Shown: positions 47,590 through 60,242 of the stretch, piece after piece
Position numbering within the stretch: the first letter of the stretch is position 1
Layout: each line of letters begins with the position of its first letter
Assembly: GCA_013265495.1 (NCBI GenBank)
Contig: MU061168.1
Location: 1,400,209-1,464,208 of the forward strand
Length of the DNA: 64,000 bases
From: Vicugna vicugna
Taxonomy: Eukaryota
Reading direction: 5' to 3'
Notes under the pieces: model-generated
The model's database searches: none
What the model saw: only the letters and a program-made list of their open reading frames with translations
Told to the model about the DNA's origin: nothing
Position numbers and translations under genes: made by a program

Positions 47590-48016
47590 CGGCTCTAGCA
47601 GATGGCTTTGTGGGGACTTTCTTTGACAGCACCTTGGTTTAAGCATGTGCTCTGTATCTCTTTCTACTCCCCCTGGGTCTCTGTGACACCACGGCAGGGG
47701 ATGTCAGTGGGAGGCTGCTGGAGACTCATCCACGCACAGCCTTGAGGTGTGACAACCCTCAACCAAGACGGATGGAAGCCAGTGGATAAAGACTTCTCCA
47801 CGTTGATCCTCTGGGGCCATAATTCTGAGAGACCTTCTGTATGTTTCCTCAGGAGAACCTGGCCAGATGCATCACCAGTTGCTCATGGTGATGCTCAACT
47901 CAACAGCATCCTTGTCAATCCCTCCTTGTCTGTTTCATTCTCCTTGGTCTCTAGAAATTGCTTCTCAGATAAACTGTCTGCTCATCACCCTTGTCTCAGG
48001 GAACTTAGGCTAAGAT
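47590..48016 (+). mobile_element. LTR16/LTR33-group ERVL solo LTR
   Basis: gccagtggataaa, ataattctgaga, ccagttgctcatggtgat..ctcaa, aataaa-like gataaact, and ccttgtctcagg..ctaagata terminus. Confidence 0.65.
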
Positions 48017-48124
48017 ACTCCTCCAAACACTCAACCCCAACAAAATCATTCCCATTCCAGGATATTTCTGTGCATACCCACAAGACTAGTATACAGTAGA
48101 AATAGGTTTATAGAAATGAGATAA

Positions 48125-50830
48125 TTTTTTCCAACTTTACTGAGGTATAGTTGACACATAATATTGTTTAGGTTAAGATGTAAAACATGATGATTTGAGA
48201 AACTTGTTTATTGTGAAATGATTGCCACAGTAGGGTTAGCTGACACCTCCACTACTTCACATAATTACCTTTCCTTTTTTTGTGGTGAGACTATTTAAGA
48301 TCTACTCTTAGCAAATTTCAAGTATATAACTATTAACTATAGCCACCCTGCTGTACCCTAGATCCTTAGAACTTACTTATCTTGTAATTGGAAATTTGTA
48401 CCCTTTGACCAGTCTATCCATTTTCCCCAACCCCAAGCCCCTGACAACCACCATTCTATTCTGTTTCTAGGAGTTTGGCATTTTTAGATTCTGTATGTAA
48501 GTGATGCCACATGATAACTGTCATTCTCTGTCTGACATTTAACTTAGCATAATGCCCTCAAAGCCCATCCATTTTCTAACAAATGGCAAGATTTTCTTCT
48601 TTCTCGTGGCAGAATAATATCCACGTGTATTAATATATACATACATACCAGATCTTCTTTATCCATTTATCTGTAGATGGACACTTCGGTTGTTTTCGTA
48701 TCTTGCCTATTGGAAATAATGTTGCAATGAACATGGGAGTACAGCTATTTCTTTGTGATACTGATAATTTCTTTTGGATATATACCCAGAAGTGGGAGTT
48801 CTATTTTTAATTTTTAAAGGAATTTCCATACTGTTTCCATAGTAGCTGTTCCAATTTACATTCTCGCCAACAGTGCCCTTTTCTCCACATCCTTGCCCCA
48901 TGTGTTATCTCTGGTGTATCTCTGGTCTTTTTGATGACANNNNNNNNNNNNNNNNNNNNNNNNNNNNNNNNNNNNNNNNNNNNNNNNNNNNNNNNNNNNN
49001 NNNNNNNNNNNNNNNNNNNNNNNNNNNNNNNNNNNNNNNNNNNNNNNNNNNNNNNNNNNNNNNNNNNNNNNNNNNNNNNNNNNNNNNNNNNNTAATAAAT
49101 GAATTAATTCTGCTGTGGAGTTATATTAGTTTCTTATGTACTTTTGGTCTTCACCCCTTATGAGATAAATGATTTGCAGATATATTCTTCGTCGCCTTTT
49201 CATTGTGTTGATTGTTCCTTTTGCTGTGCAGAAGTGTTTTAGTCTGATGTAGTCCCACATACTTACTTTTGCATGGTTGCCTATGCGTTTGGTGTCATAT
49301 CTAAAGAAAAGTGTTTCCAAGACCAATGTGAGAGAGNNNNNNNNNNNNNNNNNNNNNNNNNNNNNNNNNNNNNNNNNNNNNNNNNNNNNNNNNNNNNNNN
49401 NNNNNNNNNNNNNNNNNNNNNNNNNNNNNNNNNNNNNNNNNNNNNNNNNNNNNNNNNNNNNNNNNNNNNNNNTCCCAGTTCTGTTTATGGAGGAAACTCT
49501 TTCCCCATTGAGTATTTTTTTTTTCCTGATTTCATTGAATTGTGTTTCTGTGTTTTTCTTGTGGCTTATCGCACTTCCTTAAACCACTTATTTTGAATTC
49601 TTTATTGGGCAAATTACAGATCTCCATGTGTTTGGGGTCAATTACTGGAAGATTATTGTAATTCTTTGGTGGTGTCATGTTTCTTTGATTTTTTCACGTT
49701 CCTTTAAGTCTTGAGTTGCTATCTTTGCATTTGAAGTAGTCGCCTCCTCTTGTCTTTACTGACTTCAGGAGAGGAATACTTTTCATTAGCCCTGCTAGGG
49801 TTTCTGAGGCTTTCTCAGCTCTTCTATGGACACAGTTGCTGCAAACTTCGTCCTCCCTCGTGTGACAGAATTCTCAAGCTTGCACTCCTTCTTTTCATCT
49901 TGCAACACACCAGATAATGCCTGGACAGCCTCCCTTTAGTTTTTCTGGAGGAAGCGCTAAAGCTCAAGTTTGTGATCTCTTCCTGGCCCGCAGATCTGGG
50001 TTGACTTTCTGCGCTTGCCCATCAGCCATCTGCCCAAGTTTGCTCTCACTGCCATTGGTCGCAGACAGTGAGAGCCAACCATTGAGTGTTGGGGGTGTGT
50101 GAGTGAGGCGCTTAGAGCACTGTGGCTGCCCATGGGCCGGCTGGGGGATCCATGGGCCAGATGTCCCTAATAGTTGTGGGCGGGCTTGATGGAGTCCTTT
50201 TTACAGTTAGTAGGATTGCATCCCTCTAATGTCCTCCAAGATTCCTCTGTGCCGCTCTCCCACCCTCTTCCTCCCCCCGAGTCATGCAGCTCATGACTCA
50301 ACGCTCTGGATGGAATGAGAGAGAAATGGGCCTCCTTGGCAGCAGCCTGCACAGGTAGGAAAGTCAGGTGCTCACTCAAACACTCACCTTCCCCTGTGGG
50401 AGAAATCACAGGCTGAGAAGAGAAGATGTCTTTTGGCCCTGAGCTGTACTGCCTTCGAGAGAGGTGATGCGGGTAAAGTCAAATCGTTCCTCTTACTCTC
50501 TCCAGTGTGTTCACACTTGCGTATTTTTCTCCAGTGATGTGCTGGAACTTCTCCACTGGAAACCTGGACTTCCACAAAGGCTTTTTTGTCCGTGGGTAAT
50601 TGGCTAAGACAGTGTTTTCCAGGGGCTCCCAGACCACAGCTGAGAGGGGCTGGAGCAGGTTCATGGGCCCCTGCAGCATCCGCAGCCAGGACAAAGGTCT
50701 CTGTGCCTACTGTCTGACACGAGTGGGCAGGACCCCTCCCGGGTCCCTTGGTGAATGGTGTTGGATCTCACAGCTCCCTTATCTGTGTGTGGCTGCTAAA
50801 TTGTCACTGTTGAAGTGTGGGAGGCATGGA
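48125..50830 (-). mobile_element. Older L1 (L1MA9-like 3' end) retaining 5' region and 3' end with a large internal deletion; contains N-runs 48940-49092 and 49337-49472
   Basis: 3' UTR at 48125-48600, ORF2 C-terminal DNA to about 49515, then an abrupt switch to ORF1-start and 5' UTR-type sequence. Confidence 0.75.
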
Positions 50831-50941
50831 TGAGGGATGTCTTAGGTTGGGACATCACTCCAGAAATGAGATAATTTTAGACATCTTCAAATAGTATTTT
50901 TTTTTACAATATCACTAGAAGATCCTTAAGAGAATGTATGA

Positions 50942-51055
50942 CCAGGACTGTGGTGAGGTGACTGAGGTTCCTATGGTGCAAAATTTAAGGGGGCACTCAT
51001 TCTCAGGGTCATGCACGTGCAAGTTCAGCCTCTTGTCTCACCCTAGTCCCAGGCT
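50942..51055. mobile_element. MER91A-like hAT-Tip100 MITE
   Basis: ggtgagg...gcaaaatttaagggggcactcattctcagggtcatgca...tctcaccctagtccc with inverted ends. Confidence 0.7.
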
Positions 51056-51439
51056 TAGGAGAATCAGTGGGCCCTCTTGGGGACTAAAGCCCCAGAAATT
51101 TGTTCAGGGACAGGGCATAATGCCTGCAGAATTGAGGAAACCTTTGGGGGCAGGACATTCCCCTCCTTGTACAATGTCATGTGGATGAGTGAAGACAGCA
51201 GAGTCCCTAAGTCTTGAAGAGCACAGGCTTCAGGACCAGATGGGCTTGGACACCTACATGAGAATCCATCTGTTGGTTGGAGAGTGGTGGGCAAAGCATG
51301 CCACTTTGGTTGGAGGGGAGTCTGCTCCAGTGGAAGTCTAGTTATGGTGGGTGTCCTGGGAATCCTGGGAAAGTGAGAATCACTTCTGTCCTGGGGACTT
51401 GGAGGAAAATACAGCAAAGGAGAGGACCACCAAGTGCAT

Positions 51440-51880
51440 TTCAATTTAACAAATAATTATCAAGGACCTACATGTTTAAGACATTGTGCTGAGCTGGAGG
51501 GGACATAAGGATGGAGCTTCAGTTAAGGTAATATACATCTTTAAGCACCCTCTCACCTCCTATCCTGTTGGGGGCTGTGCCTGGTCTGGCTGGTGGTATA
51601 TTCTGTGAAGATGGCAGGCCAGAGAGTTTCTCCCTTATCTGAAGCTAGTTTAGCTGCTGAACTTAAGGGTATTTTCCACATTGGGAGTATGGCAGAGGTA
51701 GGAGTGGGGAGGTGAACTCAAGGATGAGGTCTGAATGGGTCAACAAATTGAAGAGGGTGAGAGGTAGATCCTGGAGCCAGGGAGAGTGATTGCAGTGGAT
51801 GAGGGTGGGAGATGGATCAAAAGAATAAATGATGAGAGTTGTGGGTGAACACTTGGGAGAGAAGCTGTTTTCCAGAGCTG
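51440..51880 (-). mobile_element. L2 fragments
   Basis: aacaaataattatcaaggacctacatg..cattgtgctgagctgg, and gattgcagtggatgaggg further on. Confidence 0.5.
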
Positions 51881-52574
51881 GCTTTTATCATCACAGCATG
51901 GCTCATAGCAAAGCAATATGGCGGATGCCTTTCACCCAAGGTGGGGTTCATCTTTCTGCTTCTCCCCCAGGCTTAATTGTTCTTGAGGAGGCATGACTAC
52001 ATTTTCTGGAGACACAAAAGGTCTGAGTTCAGAAGCAGTAGCCTGAGAATAAACAGTGTCTTTGTTTTCTTACAGGTCAGCATAGTCCAAGCATCAAATC
52101 TCTGTCCCCCACTGACCCAGGTCATCTTACTCTTCTTGCCTTTGTTGTTCTTGAGCACTGTCAGTCACAAAGTTTCAGCCCTAAACAAATATATGAGCTC
52201 ACTTCTGAGAAGTATTGGCCAGGGCTGCTGGTCCCACCCCACAGGAAATTGTACTCACTTTTCTCAGATATTAAAAATACTCTCCTTTGACCCATTCTAT
52301 CTGTGTGTCTCTCCATGCCTCTGAAGCTTGTATACTTTGTCCCTGCTTTCTCATTTGCCTCTTTTCTTCACATGAGCTGAACCACCTGGTTTTTTTTATC
52401 ACATTCACCCCACAGGCACTTTCTCACTGAGACCCTTTCCGGATCTTCATATCCAATGGGCCTCTTTAGTGTTGACCTGAAGGGCTCACTCTATGGTACT
52501 GGATACTTTTGACCACATCACTCATCTTGGTTTTCTCCTTGAGCTCCTTCTTTTTTCCTTTTAAGTTTCTTAAA

Positions 52575-52932
52575 ATTAAAAGAAAAAAATTTTAAATACA
52601 ATTGTTGAAGATTACTTTCCATTTACAGTTATTACAAAATATTGGCTTTGGTCCCTGAGTTGTACAATACATCCTTGAGCCTGTCTTACACCCAATAGTT
52701 TGTACCTCCCATTCATCCACCTCTAAATTGACCTCCCCTCTTCCCTGTCCCCACTGGTAAGCACTTATTTTTTCTCTATATCTGTAAGTCTGCTTCTTTT
52801 TTATTATATTCACTAGTTTGTTGTGTTTTTTAGATTTTACATATAAGTGATATCATACAGTATTTGTCTTTCTCTGTCTGACTTATGTCACTAAGCATAA
52901 TGCCCCGCAAGTCAATCCATATTGCTGCAAAT
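52575..52932 (-). mobile_element. L1 3' end (older artiodactyl-type), running into N-run 52933-53122
   Basis: ttacaaaatattggct..ccctgagttgtacaatacatcc, ttttagattttacatataagtgatatcatacagtatttgtc. Confidence 0.88.
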
Positions 52933-53289
52933 NNNNNNNNNNNNNNNNNNNNNNNNNNNNNNNNNNNNNNNNNNNNNNNNNNNNNNNNNNNNNNNNNNNN
53001 NNNNNNNNNNNNNNNNNNNNNNNNNNNNNNNNNNNNNNNNNNNNNNNNNNNNNNNNNNNNNNNNNNNNNNNNNNNNNNNNNNNNNNNNNNNNNNNNNNNN
53101 NNNNNNNNNNNNNNNNNNNNNNNGGGCTGCTGTGTTATTGCTTTCTCTGGTGTTTTTGTCCATCTCTCTGGCTGTATTGGTGCATTCCTTTTGGTTCATC
53201 TGCCCCTCAGGTGTTGCTGCTCTTCAAAGTTGTATCCTGGTCCTATTCTTTCCTATCTCACCCTGAGTGTATTTTTTTCCTTCCTGTAA

Positions 53290-53865
53290 TTATAATTTCT
53301 AGAATTACTCCTGTAACAACTATAGTATGTGAGTTATTGACCCCCACATCTACATCTACAGTTCAGATCTTACTCCCGAAATTTCAGATCTACATATTCA
53401 ACTGCCTATAGGATATCCCAGAAGTATTTCAAACTTAACATACCCAAAATTGGACTGATTATTTCCTAAAAAACTTGATACTCTTCAAGTATGACCGTTA
53501 TCAGTAAATGTCAACCCTTCTTCAGCCGCCAGAGCCTTGGACATCATCCTAGACATGCCGCCTTCCTTCATCCTTCACACTGATGTCCAAGTCCTCTTCC
53601 TTCTAACCCCTTGACATCTCTCCTGTTCATTTCCTCTTCTCTGTAATCTTCTGATCAGTCTCCTTGGCTGTGGTCTCACTATACACAGTGCATTCTTCAA
53701 ACGCTTGTCAGTGGGATCTTTATGAAATACAAATCTGACCATTTCACTCTCTGGCTTAAAACTGATCAAAGGCACCCCCCCCCAAGAATAAAGCCCAGAC
53801 CTCTTAGTCTGGCCTTCGTGAACCTGCTCACATACTTTGCTTAGTGAGAGAATAAGTGAATGAAT
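53290..53865 (+). mobile_element. L2 LINE fragment reaching the 3' end
   Basis: cagatctacatattcaactgcct, aaacttaacatacccaaaa, ends aataagtgaatgaat. Confidence 0.75.
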
Positions 53866-53999
53866 CCACCGTTGAAGTCACTAGTAAACAAATAAGGTGT
53901 ACCAAGTGGGTCAAGGTCTGCCCCTGTGGAAGCCCACTTACTAGGTTGATAAGCCCATACGACGTCCTGAATTGAAAGTTTCAAAATCAGAGGCAAGAT

Positions 54000-54235
54000 T
54001 TTCCCTCTGTGACTGAGGAGAACAGTTGCATGTAATATCAGTGGGATAGACTTCAGCCCAGCACAACTTTCTACTGGTGAGAGCTGTCCGCAAACAATGG
54101 ATTCCCTGAAGTAGCGCGTTTCCCAGATCTGGAGGTGCCCAGATGGGAGACAGCAGGCAGGGTGAGGAGGGATTCCTGCACCGTGTGCAGTATTGGACTG
54201 CAGGGACCTCTCATCTCCCTTCTATGAGAAGAAGA
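54000..54235 (+). mobile_element. CR1/L3 3' fragment
   Basis: actttctactggtgagagctgtcc..ctggaggtg..gggattcctgcacc..ttggactgcagggacctct. Confidence 0.65.
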
Positions 54236-54239
54236 GAAA

Positions 54240-54455
54240 AGGAGAAGAATTAATATTTGCTGAACACTGACTAAGTATCCTGCATTGTGGTTGATGCTTT
54301 ATATTTGTTGGTTCATTTTTCCTAACAATCAGTTTAGGGGGAAAGTGCTATTACTACCTTCATTTTATTGATGAGGACTCCAAACCTCAGAGAGGTGAGG
54401 TAACTTTCCCGAGGCCACTCAGATGGTCAGTGACAAAGCCAGGCTTGTAATCCAC
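54240..54455 (-). mobile_element. MIR SINE
   Basis: cattttattgatgaggactccaaacctcagagaggtgaggtaactttcccgaggccact. Confidence 0.8.
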
Positions 54456-54462
54456 CCTGGAG

Positions 54463-54655
54463 TGGTTCTCAAAGTGAGCTCCCCAGTCAGTAACACCAGC
54501 ATCACCTGGGATCTTGTTGGACCTGCAGATTCTCAGACCTCATCCGACACCTACTAAGTCAGAAATGCTGGGGGTGGGTGGGACGCAGTCATCTATGGTT
54601 TAACAAGCCTTCCAGGTGATTCTGATGCCGATTAAGTTTGAGAATCATTGCTCTA
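54463..54655. mobile_element. MER5A hAT-Charlie MITE
   Basis: agtggttctcaaagtg...ttttaacaagccttccaggtgattctgatg..aagtttgagaatcattg. Confidence 0.88.
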
Positions 54656-56012
54656 AACAACGCTCCATTATATCTGATTATGTACCTGGGAAAATATTAG
54701 GAAGTTCACCTAAAATGTTTTTTTGGAGAATTTTGAAAAAAATGCTCTCAGTCTATATGCCATCCATATTTAGTCTGCTACCTTCCAGGGTGGGGCCAGG
54801 GAACTTTATGGTAGGTCTGAACATTCAGCAGCTCCCAGCAGATTACAAGGTAATTCAGAACTACATTTTCCTTGAGAACAGCTTCTTGTAGCTTTATACT
54901 GCTGTGCATAAGGAACAGTATGAATCTGGATTAAAAAGAAAACAAAACAAACAAAACATAACTAAAAACAAAGAACACCTTCCAAGATAGAATATGAAGA
55001 AGCGAACACAAATCCTCCAAATCCCCTTATATAGAATCCGTTCAATAAAAGCAGGAGAAATTTTGTATTAAAAAAAAGAGCCTGATAGAACTGCTGGTCG
55101 TATGCTATCATTTATTTTGTTAATTCAGCAACATTTCGAGTGAGACCCAGACACTATAGCATTTAAAAATAATGCAACCCTGCTCTTGATGCAAGTGGCA
55201 AAAGCGAGAGGTCTCCATGGAGCTTTGCTAAAGGGAAAAAAAAAGAAATTAAAAACCGTCCACTAATGTGCCGGCGAGTAATGAAATAAGAATCCGACAC
55301 TTGGTACATTGAAATGCAAACAAGATGTCCCTGTGTTACCCTGGCAATTCATCATAAAGGCCGGTGCATTTCTGCTTATTATACATGAGGTGCAGTGAAT
55401 TATTACCAGTCTGGTTCTTCTAACAAACTTTTCAAAGTATGTACATGATAGGGTAGAAAGAGATTTATATATGTGTTTGTGTACACCCACGCTGGGATGT
55501 GCACACAGAAGTGTATGTTCCTCTGCTTGTGAATACATGGACCTAAATATCTCTGGATTATAAATGAGAAATTCAGGAGCTGACCCAGGTCATTTGGAAG
55601 TCTCTCTGTCTCTTTCTCTCTCTGGGCAGATATACCTATATATAAAACGGAATTTAGTGTCAGGGAACACCAACCCAAACAGGTTTTGGGAATGTGTTGC
55701 AAGAGTTTCAATGTGTTAAGACCATTTTGGAAAACTATTGTTGGAGATACTGCCTCATCATACCTAAACAGTGTTGCAAAGAAAGGGATGAAATGAGATT
55801 TAAAAACAAGACAAAACCTGTGAGGAGACCAGCTAGGTACTTGGGATTTTAGAGATAATGTTTGGGACACATATATGTCAATCTAGTTTATCCCCCTAGT
55901 GGAAAGACATCTTTTTGTTGAGAGGAGGCTGAAGAAAATAATTAATGTTTTGATTCGTTTGACTATCCTATATAATTAGTGCAACAAAACCTGAAACATT
56001 AACATATTTGTG

Positions 56013-56034
56013 GTGTGTGTGTGTGTGTGTGTGT
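56013..56034. repeat. (TG)n microsatellite
   Basis: Direct observation. Confidence 0.95.
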
Positions 56035-56115
56035 AAGGTTTAAGTTGGGATTTGGATATGAGTTTGGCAAAAACTCACAACGAGGCAAGAGCATTTGTTA
56101 ATTAGAGGATTGGTG

Positions 56116-56289
56116 GGGAGGGTGTAGCTCAGTGGTAGAGTGTGTGCTTAGCATGAGTGATGAGGTCCTGGGTTCAATTCCCAGTACTTCCATTAAATAA
56201 ATAAACCTAATTAACCACCCCCCTGAAAACAAACAAAGTGAATTATGCAATCGTCACCACAATCAGTTTAAAAAAGAAAGTAAGAAAAA
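56116..56289 (+). mobile_element. tRNA-Ala-derived SINE (Vic-1-like) with extra non-SINE 3' sequence
   Basis: SINE body; TSD aat(t/c)agaggatt at 56100-56111 and 56290-56301. Confidence 0.9.
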
Positions 56290-56364
56290 AATCAGAGGAT
56301 TTGGGGGTGGGGGCAGAAGTTAAACTTTACAGGTGTTCCTCCTCATAATAACCCTGAAGACGTG

Positions 56365-56859
56365 TTTTTTTTTTTTTTAACATTTTTTATTGATTTATAA
56401 TCATTTTACAATGTTGTGTCAAATTCCAGTGTAGAGCACAATTTTTCAGTTATACATGAACATATATATATTCATTGTCACATTTTTCTCTCTGTGAGCT
56501 ACCACAAGATCTTGTATATATTTCCCTGTGCCATACAGTATAATCTTGTCTATCCATTCTACAATTTTGAAATCCCAGTCTGTCTCTTCCCACCCCCCAC
56601 CCCCTTGGCAACCACAAGTTTATATTCTCTGTCTGTGAGTCTATTTCTGTCCTGTATTTATGCTTTGTTTTTGTTTGTTTGCTTTTGTTTTTGTTTTTTA
56701 GATTCCACATATGAGCAATCTCATATGGTATTTTTCTTTCTCTTTCTGGCTTACTTCACTTAGAATGACATTCTCCAGGAGCGTCCATGTTGCTGCAAAT
56801 GGCGTTATGTTGTCAGTTTTTATGGCTGAGTAGTATTCCATTGTATAAATATACCACAT
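56365..56859 (-). mobile_element. 5'-truncated L1 3' end with a distinct, probably younger, 3' UTR type
   Basis: Poly(T), aacattttttattgatttataatc terminus; cctgaaga on both flanks (56353-56360 and 56860-56867). Confidence 0.92.
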
Positions 56860-56869
56860 CCTGAAGAGT

Positions 56870-56985
56870 TGGTTTTACTGTTAACATCCCACACAGGTGG
56901 GAAAACCAAGGCTCAGGGAGATTAAGTATTCAACCAGAAAGTGGTGGAGCTCTGATTTGAACTCAGGGTTGCCTTTGCAGGCTGC
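56870..56985 (-). mobile_element. MIR fragment
   Basis: caggtgggaaaaccaaggctcagggagattaagta...gatttgaactcagg. Confidence 0.7.
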
Positions 56986-57692
56986 TTTCAGAGCCTCTGA
57001 AGCTCCCAAGGAGGGGAGAAACAGGGCTGTGAAGAAAATGCAGTAATGGTTCCCAGGCAGGGGGATTTGGTGCCGCCTTCTGTTTGCCATGGGGAGTGAC
57101 ACAGGAGACGGTGGGAGTGAGGGGAGCAGAAAGAGAGTTGGTGAAGGGAGTGCAAAGATTTCTCTATGAAAAGTTTTCCAGGCATATCTCCTAAACCAGT
57201 TTCATTACAGGACTTGGTATAAGGTTGGCACGTAAGGGGAATAAAAAAATGGACATTCCTTTAGAATACCCAGAAAGGTATCTGAAAGGTAATACAACCA
57301 ACTTCTAATAACAGTTAAAACTGGGGCATCAGATTAAGAGAAAGGATGATTTTGTTTTTAAAAACATTTTGTCATGGAAAATTTCAAACATATACAAACG
57401 TGGAGAGAATAAAATACTAAGGACAAAATAGAATACTTGTATTCTGCCCAGGTTCAATAATTATCAACTCATGGCCAATCTTTTTTCATTTTAGCCCATT
57501 TCCAAGCCCATTCCTCAAGTCCTCAGTTTATTTTGAAGCAACTCTCAGATAGTACAGTGTTCACTAGTGAGGTACTGATTTCAAAAATAAAAAAGTGTAT
57601 TCTAATACAAAATAAAAAGGAGAAATGTATTTGGAATCTATGATCATTCAAACAGGTTTGGAGTTTCCATTGTTCAGTTAATTTTTTTCTGA

Positions 57693-57865
57693 AGCAGTGA
57701 TTCTCATACTGGGCTGATGTTCTGGGAAGCTTTTAAAATGAAGATTTCAGAGCCTACCAGGACCCATGGAATCAGAATCTCCATGGTAGGCCCAGGGATC
57801 TCGGTGATGAAAAAGTTCCAAATATGATTCTGATGATGAGCCAGGTTTGGGAGCAGTTGGTCTAC
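57693..57865. mobile_element. MER5A/B hAT-Charlie MITE
   Basis: cagtgattctca...ggaatcagaatctcc...tgattctgatgatgagccaggtttgggag. Confidence 0.75.
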
Positions 57866-58809
57866 TTAAGATAAACTGTTTCGAGTACCTTCAAGCACTT
57901 TGGAAAGACTTAATTCCATATAAGCAGTTGATACGCTAATTACAAATTTGCCTTAGCTAGTCATTAAATTAGGTTCCCTAAGGACTGCTCTGAATCCCTT
58001 GGATTAAAGGAGTCGTTGAATCTAGTTAACCTAGTTCTGATTAGTATATGGCTATAAAATAGAAAAACACATTTTCCTAATGTATTCTGCAATTCATACT
58101 TATTACCAATGTAATACTAGTCTTTGCTACAATTGGTGAAAACACATGCTTCATTTATGGCAGTAGATTACCTAATTTTAAGGTGAGAAAATGGAATCGC
58201 AAAGCAATTAAGCGACTTTCCTAAGGATATATAGCAGGTTCATAGCTGAGCTGGTGAAAATGCAAAATGGCACTTTGATAGGCACTGGTCGGTCATTGAC
58301 AAATAATACAGGGTTCCAGTGTTTCAGGAACTTAGAGCTTAGCTCAGAAACAATGTTCACAGGTGTTGTGAACATGATTTCCACAGCCTAGATCTGGTTA
58401 CAACCAAAGCAGTGTGTTGATTTCATTAAATAAACTCAAGAGCCTCCAAATAAAACTGTTTTGATTTTTCCAGAACAGAATATAATTTCTATTTTGAGCT
58501 TTTATTCTGACAACAAATGGACACTTAATTTCCGTCAATGTAAATAATCTTGGTCAGTTCAGGATTTCCTGTCCCTTCCCCTTCCATGGAGTTGAAATGA
58601 ATTCTTCGTGGGGATCAGAATGCCAAGACATCTCAGCATCGTCCACACTGGCATCTTCTGAGCATCTCATTTCCATCTGGTCCATAAGGACTGGTCCCTG
58701 TAGATTACAGCTGTGTCTCTTTATCCCAACCACAAGACTTCTTCAGGTCTAGGTCTTAGCTGGTCCCACAATCCTGTTGGTTGTCCTCAGTTGGTTTTTG
58801 ATGCACTAT

Positions 58810-59185
58810 GCTGGCATGGTATAATAAGAAATATATATTTGGTCTTTGTCCCTGGTTCCTGGTTCCTGGCACAGAACTCCTAAAACCTTTGGAATATCCT
58901 GAGTGAAAAAAGTGATAGGAGAATCTTTTGTTAATCCTAACAAGCCCCTTTAATCATACCTGAGTTTAAGCTAAGGAAGTGATTCTTGTTGGGCCCATAG
59001 ACAGTTCTAGGATGGGGGAGCTGGTCACCAGGAAGGCCAAGCCTTTACTAGAAGCTTGGCATTATTAGACCCACCTCCAAGTTGGAGGCTGACTTCAATC
59101 ACCAGTGGCTAATGCTGGATTAACTCATCCTACGTATGTAAAGAACCTCCATAAAAAATCCCTAAATGTCTGGGTTCTGAGGGCC
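58810..59185 (+). mobile_element. MER21-type ERVL LTR (partial)
   Basis: tataataagaaatatatatttggtctttgtccctggttcctggcacagaactcctaaaacc..., ggatgggggagctggtcaccagg. Confidence 0.85.
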
Positions 59186-59682
59186 CTAATGCTGGGCTTT
59201 GGGACGTTTCATGACTTTGACTGAGTTCTGAGCTGCATCTGGGAATTGAGTACAGGTCCTCCTTACTCTTGGATCCCCAAATCTATCTGGGGATTCTGTA
59301 ATGAACACTGCCTCCCAAACACTTGGCCTGGTGTGTGGGTGGGTTGGCAGGGGCAGATGGGGCGAGATGGGAGAGTAAACAGCATGGACACTCCTCTCAG
59401 GGACTCACCAGGGTCCAGGTCTCTTCCTTCCCATGCAGTGACTGCAGTATGGGGTTTGGATGTCCCAGTGTTCCCACAAAGTGTACTCATCTTTCAGCAG
59501 CAAATGCCAGTGTGTTTCCTTTGATCTTCTCTCCCTTTTGCCTCAGCTCATCAGATTATGGAATAGTATACAGTCTACTACGGGTGGGGATTGGGAAAAC
59601 AACTTCGAATGACCACACACTTCTTTCTAATCTTTTTATTTATGGTATAAACTATCCCCTTTGACTTCCTCAAAGTTTGAAA

Positions 59683-60242
59683 TGTCAAGGCCCTCCAGCC
59701 AAGACCAGCAAGAGCACATCTTAGTTGAATAAGTTTGGTTTATGACTTGGTGCAGTGAGGGGAAGCCACGGGCCATAAAGAACTGAGGTGTTGTCAGTAA
59801 GAGGGTGTTAGAAAGAACTTATCATAGAATTGGGCTTGTGTTAAGAGATTTTCAAAGAGTTTAAGGAAACGGGATTTTTCTCTGGACTGGATGCTGTCAG
59901 GAAGTAGGGTAAGTCTATGACTGGGTATCTAATACATTTTATCCAGGAGAGAGGACTGTACAGAAGCTGGAGCTATAACAGGCAAAGAAGTAGCAGTCAT
60001 TCCTAGTAGCTGGGTCGGGGGGGATGTTGGGTATTTTGGGGGCTTGAAGAATGTTCATGTTTTGACTGTATTCAGACATGATTCTGGAGTGGTCTTGTTT
60101 TTGTCTTGATCCATTATGGTTTCATAGTAGCCTTGTCTGATACTGATGTTCTGTGAAGTTATTTTTTGTTTTTGTACCTGGAGGGGCCAGGATGGTTCCT
60201 AGCAAAACCGAGGTCAGGCTGCCAGTATTCTTTTCTTTCTCA
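59683..60242 (-). mobile_element. MER31-type ERV1 solo LTR
   Basis: TG...CA termini (tgtcaaggccctccagcc ... tttctca); gagtggtcttgtttttgtcttgatccat and ccttgtctgatactgatgttc motifs. Confidence 0.85.
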
